Positions 58,075-64,000 of a stretch of DNA of 64,000 bases are shown in pieces. How positions within the stretch are numbered: position 1 is the stretch's first letter; every line of letters begins with the position of its first letter. The position numbers and the translations under genes were made by a program. The notes under the pieces were generated by a model. It saw only the letters and a list, made by a program, of their open reading frames with translations. It was not told where the DNA came from and made no database searches. Source of the stretch: Anthoceros angustus (Eukaryota > Plantae > Anthocerotophyta); NCBI GenBank assembly GCA_010909165.1, contig MU008172.1, positions 682,001 through 746,000 of the forward strand, given 5' to 3'.

Positions 58075-61000
58075 TCACCAATAATCACCGCATGTGCATA
58101 CCCCGTCCTTGACATGGTGAAACCGGCTAGGATCTCTTGCGACGATTTCCCTTCCCGTAATTCTAGAAATGATCTTGGTTGCTTGGTGACAGTCTCGACA
58201 CACTCGGATGTTCTTCACGATGTGGATTGGGGTCCCAGGGGCAGTGCTGATGAGAGCAAAAGCCATCGCCAGCCTCTCACTGTGGAAGCGTGCAGAGTCT
58301 TGCGTCTGCTCCTCTTCCGCGTCGTGGAGGTCACTGACTGCATCAGGCACATAACCTGCCGTTTGCATCTGTCCAGAGAGCCTCTCCACCTCTGCATATA
58401 TCGCCTCTGTACGTGGATGTGATTTGTCTCCAGCAACAAACTGGTGTGTTTGGTTGTGGAGTTCGATCCACGTGCACCCTGGCATCTTTCTTACACCCCT
58501 CTCCGTCATTAAGTTTCTCACCTTTGATTCCTCCTCCTTCTGGCCGAGTGCTGCATAAGTGTTTGCCAGAAGCACGTAGGCTGACGCCTTCCGTGGCTCC
58601 AGTTCAATGACATGCTTCGCGGCACGCTGTGCAAGCTTGATATTGTTATGGATTCTGCTAGCTGCCAACAAAGCCATCCAAACAGCCATAGTAGGTTGCA
58701 CAGGCATCTGGTCAATAATTTGTTCAGCCTCATCCAGACGTCCTGCACGACCAAAAAGGTCTACTAGACATGCATAGTGCTCATTTGTAGGACATATCCC
58801 GTATTCTCGCGACATGGACTCAAAATGCTTGCACCCTTCATCTGTTAAGCCCTTGTGGTTGCATGCAGAAAGGACAGATAGAAAGGTTATGTGGTTGAGC
58901 TTCACATTTTGCAGTTTCATCTGTTCAAATAGGTTGAGGGCATCCTGGCCTAGCCCGTTGTGACCATATCCAGCTATCATAGTATTCCATGATACCACAT
59001 CCCGCTCAGGCATCAAGTCAAAAACCTGTCGCGCAACCTTTGGCTTCCCACATTTTGCATACATGTCAACAAGGGCATTTCCAACAAAGAGGTTTGCATG
59101 GAAATCACTCTCTCTGATGAGGTCGTGAATTTGCTTTCCCTGTTTCAGTGCTACTCTGCTAGCACAAGCATTCAATGCAGAAACAACTGAGATCATGCTG
59201 GGCTTCACACCATCCTCCTGCATTTGCTCGAAGAGTTGCAGACATTCCTGTGCACATCCATGCTGGGCATAGCCCGCAAGGAGTGTGGACCAGGAAACCA
59301 CGTCTTTCTTGACCAACTTCTCGAAGGTATGACGTGCAGCAAACAAGTCCCCACATTTTATGTACATGTCCAAGAGGCAGTTGCCCACTGAAATATCAGA
59401 TTCATAACCACTTGCGCTGATTTGGTCATGGATATGCTTGCCTTCTTCAAGTGCTCCGATGCTGGCACATCCGTTCAAAACACTGGCAAACGTTAAACTA
59501 TCTGGCTTTAGTCCTGCCTGCTGCATGTTATCAAAAGTCTCCAGAGCCTTCTTGCCTTGCCCAAGCTGTGCATACCCCTTGATCATAGAATTCCAAGAAA
59601 TTCTATCCCTCGTGGGCATGCTGTCAAAGACCAAGTATGCATCCTCCATACTTCCAAACCTTGCGTACATGTCAATCAGAGCATTCGCTATAACAATATT
59701 TGTTCCATATCCACGCTTTGTGAGCAGCAGATGAAGTCGTCTACCTTCATCACAGTCGCCCAGGGTCACACATGCACCCAAAACCGCCAGAAATGTGACA
59801 CTATCTGGCTCAACGTTTTCCTTCAACATGGCTTTATACAGCATAAGGGCATCCTTGCAAAGCCCTTGCTGAGCATAACCCTTGATGACAACATTCCACA
59901 AAACCACATCTTGCTTTGGCAATTTATCAAAAATTTGACGTGCAGCTTCCATCCTCCCACACTTTCCATACATATCTGCCAGAGCTGTCCCCACTAGCAC
60001 ATCCGAGTCCAACCCATTCTGAGTGATCTGCATATGGATGCGCTTACCATCTTCCAGGGTTGCTGCATTGCCGCACGCATTGGAAACCAGCACGAAGGAT
60101 GCTTGGTCCGGCTCGACCCCTTCCTGCTGCATATTGTGAAACAATCTCAGAACCATGTCATTGTGTCCACAGCTCAGATAGACCTTCAGCATCCCATTCC
60201 AAGATGCAACATCCTCTCTAGGTAACATGCTAAACACATCCTGAGCTTCCTTCACTTTCCCAAACCTAGCATACATATCCATCAGAGCATTCCCCACAAA
60301 CACATCCGATGCAAATCCTTTTCCACAAAGTAATCTATGCACATTCTGGCCCTCGTCCAAGGCAGGTATGCTGGCACAAGCCTTTAAGACATAGACAAAC
60401 GTTAGCGCATCTGGCTGCAGGGAGGACAGCTGCATCTGCTGGAAGAGTCTAAGAGCTTCCTTACCCTGCCCATGTTCCACACATCCTCGTAGCATTGCAT
60501 TCCATGTGAAAACTCCTCGTACAGGCATAGTACAAAATGCCTTAAAGGCCTCCTCCAGCATCCCACATTTGGTGTACATGTCAACAAGGGCAGTCCCGAC
60601 AAAAACATCAGAATCCATCCCATTCTTCCTTGTTTGAGTGTGGACTTTTGTTCCTTCCTTGAGGGCTGCTCTGCTGCCACATCCATTCAGGACACAAGCA
60701 AAGGTGACTGCGTTTGGTCTCACATTAGCCTGCTGCATCTGCTGGTAGAGCTTCAGACTCTCTTCTCCAAGCCCACTCCGGGCGTAGCCAGAAATTATCG
60801 CATTCCAAGATACCACATCTCTTCTCTGCATTTTGTTGAAGACTTGACGAGCATCTTCTATGCTGCCACACTTTGCATACATATCGATCAGGGCATTTTC
60901 CACGTATATATCCAATTCAGACCCACTGTTATGGATGAATGCATGAACTCTCTTTCCCTCGTCCAAGTCCACCAGTCTTGCACAGGCATTCACTATCGTT

Positions 61001-61518
61001 ACAAAAATGAATTTGTCAGGCTTAACACCTGCAGTCTCCATCTGTTTGAAGAGCTTGAGAGTCTCAATAGATTGCCCATGGCTCGCATATCCTTTCATAA
61101 GTGCGGTCCATGCAAATACTTTTTGTTTAGGCAAGTTGTCAAACACCTTACGAGCCTCCACCATCCTCCCACAACTAGCATACATCCTGATAACATGGCC
61201 GGCCAAGAAAGGGCTGGACTCCAACCCACTTCTAAGTATATAAGAGTGTATGTGCTTGCCATCTGCTAAACTTTTCTTTAGTGCACACTCCTGTAGAAGT
61301 TGAGCAATAAGTTCACTGTGTAGACGTACACCTCGCCGTTCCAATGCATCTAACGCACCGATTGCCTCTGTCAGGCTTCCTTCCCTGCAGAGTCTCTCAA
61401 CATCCCCAACAGACGGAAAGGGAGGGAGATAGGCCGTCACCCTGCCAGTCCACCAAAGTATTAAAGTCATGAAGTCTACAGTACTACGAACGGAGAGGAA
61501 GAAACCAAACTCATGCAA
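58075..61518 (-). CDS. PLS-class PPR protein with E1, E2 and complete DYW deaminase domain (organellar C-to-U RNA editing factor); the true N-terminus may lie in an upstream exon
   Basis: 1147-aa ORF. By-eye parse gives 26 PPR motifs (8 L-S-P triplets + L2 + S2), E1/E2, PG box PGCTWIE, HSERLA, CRDCH and terminal CTCGDYW. Confidence 0.97.
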   Translation of the reverse strand: MHEFGFFLSVRSTVDFMTLILWWTGRVTAYLPPFPSVGDVERLCREGSLTEAIGALDALERRGVRLHSELIAQLLQECALKKSLADGKHIHSYILRSGLESSPFLAGHVIRMYASCGRMVEARKVFDNLPKQKVFAWTALMKGYASHGQSIETLKLFKQMETAGVKPDKFIFVTIVNACARLVDLDEGKRVHAFIHNSGSELDIYVENALIDMYAKCGSIEDARQVFNKMQRRDVVSWNAIISGYARSGLGEESLKLYQQMQQANVRPNAVTFACVLNGCGSRAALKEGTKVHTQTRKNGMDSDVFVGTALVDMYTKCGMLEEAFKAFCTMPVRGVFTWNAMLRGCVEHGQGKEALRLFQQMQLSSLQPDALTFVYVLKACASIPALDEGQNVHRLLCGKGFASDVFVGNALMDMYARFGKVKEAQDVFSMLPREDVASWNGMLKVYLSCGHNDMVLRLFHNMQQEGVEPDQASFVLVSNACGNAATLEDGKRIHMQITQNGLDSDVLVGTALADMYGKCGRMEAARQIFDKLPKQDVVLWNVVIKGYAQQGLCKDALMLYKAMLKENVEPDSVTFLAVLGACVTLGDCDEGRRLHLLLTKRGYGTNIVIANALIDMYARFGSMEDAYLVFDSMPTRDRISWNSMIKGYAQLGQGKKALETFDNMQQAGLKPDSLTFASVLNGCASIGALEEGKHIHDQISASGYESDISVGNCLLDMYIKCGDLFAARHTFEKLVKKDVVSWSTLLAGYAQHGCAQECLQLFEQMQEDGVKPSMISVVSALNACASRVALKQGKQIHDLIRESDFHANLFVGNALVDMYAKCGKPKVARQVFDLMPERDVVSWNTMIAGYGHNGLGQDALNLFEQMKLQNVKLNHITFLSVLSACNHKGLTDEGCKHFESMSREYGICPTNEHYACLVDLFGRAGRLDEAEQIIDQMPVQPTMAVWMALLAASRIHNNIKLAQRAAKHVIELEPRKASAYVLLANTYAALGQKEEESKVRNLMTERGVRKMPGCTWIELHNQTHQFVAGDKSHPRTEAIYAEVERLSGQMQTAGYVPDAVSDLHDAEEEQTQDSARFHSERLAMAFALISTAPGTPIHIVKNIRVCRDCHQATKIISRITGREIVARDPSRFHHVKDGVCTCGDYW

Positions 61519-62509
61519 AGAGGAGCGAAAATTGCAAATCGGTCATCCAGTCGAGGGAAAGGCAGTGCAACTGAAAAGCGCAGGCTTCACACCTCTCATA
61601 TTGCTCACCCGAGGCTTCACAGTCCGCAAGCAAAACGTGTGCAGCGATTCCCACAACAGCTAACTCGGATGTCGGACAGACGGGGTTCAGCCAGCTCTGA
61701 ATCCAACATGATTCATTTGCTCTCCAGGAGCAGAATTCCAAGAGCCTTGAGTGACTTTTCTGGAATGCAGCTGATAATTAACATCCCAAACAGTTGAGCT
61801 GGCAACACCAGCGGATAAAAAGCCTTGCAGGTAGCCTTTCCTCAATCCTTGCTGCTGGGCGAATTCACAAGGTTCTTACCCGAAAGAGCCAGTCGACCAC
61901 CTTCTCCAAACCGTCTCGTGACAATTTGCTCCACCCACGTTCTGCACCTGTGTCGTTTTGCCCAGCAAAATGACCGAGATGGCGTTCCACTTCGAATGCG
62001 AAGACCCAGTTTCGCGGCGTACGCCAGGTCGGAGGGGGTACACGGTACGACACTGCTAGGCACCTCCATATCTTGAATGCCATAACCGATTGTGACCCGC
62101 ACAGTGTATGCAGCCCGCCCAGCATTGCCAAACTTATCCAATATCGTCCTGTACAAGGTGACGGCCCGCAAGCTGGGACTTGGGATGTGGCATACTGAGG
62201 TTGCCTGAATCGTGGCCAGCGCACGATGCTGGGTTGCGGTGCATTCAGATCATACCCCACACTCTCACGCCAGGGACAACAAATCGATCCCACAAATTAA
62301 TCGCCAAGATGAAACATTCCTCCCCAGCCCCCACATAGAACATCGTTCAGATTCACTTAAACCCTACACCCTCCATATCCTTGCCAATCTCCTTCTGGAA
62401 ACTAGACTATGATGGCTACACCAAGTTTATGCACGAAGGCAGGTCACCGCAACGCAAGGAAATGAACTGGGGACCACACAGGGAGCAGGAGCCTGGAGGA
62501 CCCACAGCA

Positions 62510-64000
62510 ATGTCGTTGTCACTGGATCATCCCCGTCCTTCAATTGAGGCAGACGATCAGCCCCCTGCAAAGAATCCCAAGCTCTCTCCGCTCGAGGATA
62601 GTGGCGAAGAGTCGCAGGGCGGTGCACTTGCGGATGCAGGGCCACCAGCTCCGGCCTCCGACTTAATAAGTGATCATCCTTGTGAAACAGGTAGACTCAG
62701 TGAATGCTTGCAGTCTCAGGCTGTAGGAAGCAGTAAAGTCATTGTACTTTGTGCAGGCCGTGACAAAATTTGTGTTTCTGCCTTTGATAGGTCCTAATGT
62801 TGAGCACGATGATGGGAAATTGCCAAGCCCTCAATCGACTTCACTCAAGGCTGCAGAACCTGCAAGCGGGGAAAATGAAATCCATAGCCTGGAGCCTAAT
62901 GCAGAGCAGCCTCATGGAAAAGAAAGCAGTGGCGTAGGCCTGTACAAAACAAGTCTTTGCTCTTTCTTTCGGAAGAGAGGGTGCAACCACGGTGAGGAGT
63001 GCCGTTATGCACATGGTGAGGAAGAGCTGCAGCAGAGACCTGACGGCTCCTGGGATCCCACTTCTGAGAAGGCCAAGAAGATGCAACGAGAGCGAGAGAT
63101 CCTGGCTAAGATGACAACTCAAAATACTGCAAACGCTGAGGCAGCTAATGCAGAAGATGAGATATGTGATTTAATCTCAGATGTATTATGGAAGTGTGTC
63201 AGGAATTTACCGGCAACTTGGAACTTGGATAAATTCAAGGAGTTTTTGGGCAAAAACGTGAGCTCGAGTTAATGGTTGTTCTAGGCAGTTGCACAGGCGT
63301 CTCGGTGTCCAGCATTCCAGAGAACCGATTATCGTATGACTTACATTAAGGTTTGTGTGAGCAGAGTATTCAGTACGTCCATGCCAAGAAGAAGAAGGGT
63401 CTCAATGTGGGGTTCCTGGGATTTCAGAACACCGACCAGGTGTTGGAGGCGACCAAGGTAACCAAGCTTCAGCTAAGTACTTGCAAAATTCAATTAGGGA
63501 TGTCAATTCTAGTGTCCCTTGCTGATGCCTCTAAATGGTGGATGTCAAGCAGGTTGTTGAAAGCCTTTCAGTTCAACGACAGCAGCTGAGCCTGGCAGAT
63601 GTTCTTCCTCGTTCATGGGAGAAGAAGGCAGAAGATGGAAAGTCTTTGCTGAATGATCTATCCAGTGATAGCAAGCAGATTGATCAGCTGTGCGGGAAGA
63701 CTGTAAGGGATATTTGTGATGCTGTGACACCACTTGCAAAGATACCCTATAGTGAGCAACTCAATTCCAAGAAGAGTGCACTTGCACAAGTTCTGAAGCG
63801 ACTAGTACGCCATCTTGAACTTCCTGCCAACTCCTATGGCAGTCCAAGTCATCTTGTTGGATGGCTTCGCATTGACACCTGCTTTCTTTACTGTCATTCA
63901 TATCATCGCCGTGAAATTCTGTTTATTTAGGCACGCAACACCCGTAAGAGCTGTTCAGCTGGTGTGCTTCTTCCTGACTGGATTCGGGCTGCAAGGGACC
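62510..64000 (+). CDS. CCCH zinc finger + RRM protein of the TRM2/TRMT2-like tRNA (uracil-5-) methyltransferase family; truncated by the window end
   Basis: LYKTSLCSFFRKRGCNHGEECRYAHGEEELQQRPDGSWDPTSE (C3H1 finger), degenerate RRM KCVRNLP..W...AKKKKGLNVGFL, and DICDAVTPLAKIPYSEQLNSKK, as recalled for Arabidopsis C3H24. The methyltransferase domain itself is not visible in this window. Confidence 0.82.

Noticed and set aside
1-64000. tRNA, rRNA or other structured ncRNA genes
   Set aside because: None recognisable by eye; a tRNAscan-SE/Infernal (Rfam) search would be needed to exclude them formally.

Overview
Eukaryotic, gene-dense land-plant nuclear DNA. Short (~50-110 bp) GT-AG introns, tight intergenic spacing, a PLS-DYW PPR editing factor and bryophyte-like transposon remnants point to a hornwort such as Anthoceros; this is an inference, not determined. 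About 15 spliced or intronless protein genes are recognisable: 2OG dioxygenase, UXS, CYP26-2, LIG4, BODYGUARD-like hydrolase, a CTL-like and a class II GH19 chitinase, TRM82/WDR4, an SLC1/DAACS transporter, GH9 endoglucanase, FAP2-like CHI-fold protein, PsaH, ABC1K3, a PPR-DYW protein and the 5' part of a CCCH/TRM2-like gene. There is also a frameshift-riddled intronless omega-3 desaturase and a disrupted 3xRRM+dsRBD gene. Two accessory blocks occur. At ~16.2-20.8 kb there are shattered and duplicated BODYGUARD pseudogene pieces with hAT-like ends. At ~35.9-45.4 kb a MULE transposase remnant is split by a 4.3-kb TG...CA insertion with a 5-bp TSD that carries an accessory ORF but no gag/pol. 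The most interesting signals are: (1) the SLC1/DAACS transporter with NMDG->NRDG and D->S binding-site changes, predicting a dicarboxylate carrier with altered ion coupling; (2) the ORF-bearing solo-LTR-like element; (3) an hnRNP-Q-like RRM gene fused to a dsRBD; (4) a CTL-clade protein that keeps the catalytic Glu. Several regions show indel patterns typical of unpolished long-read consensus, so frameshifts and tandem duplications here need read-level confirmation. Exon boundaries were placed by eye.
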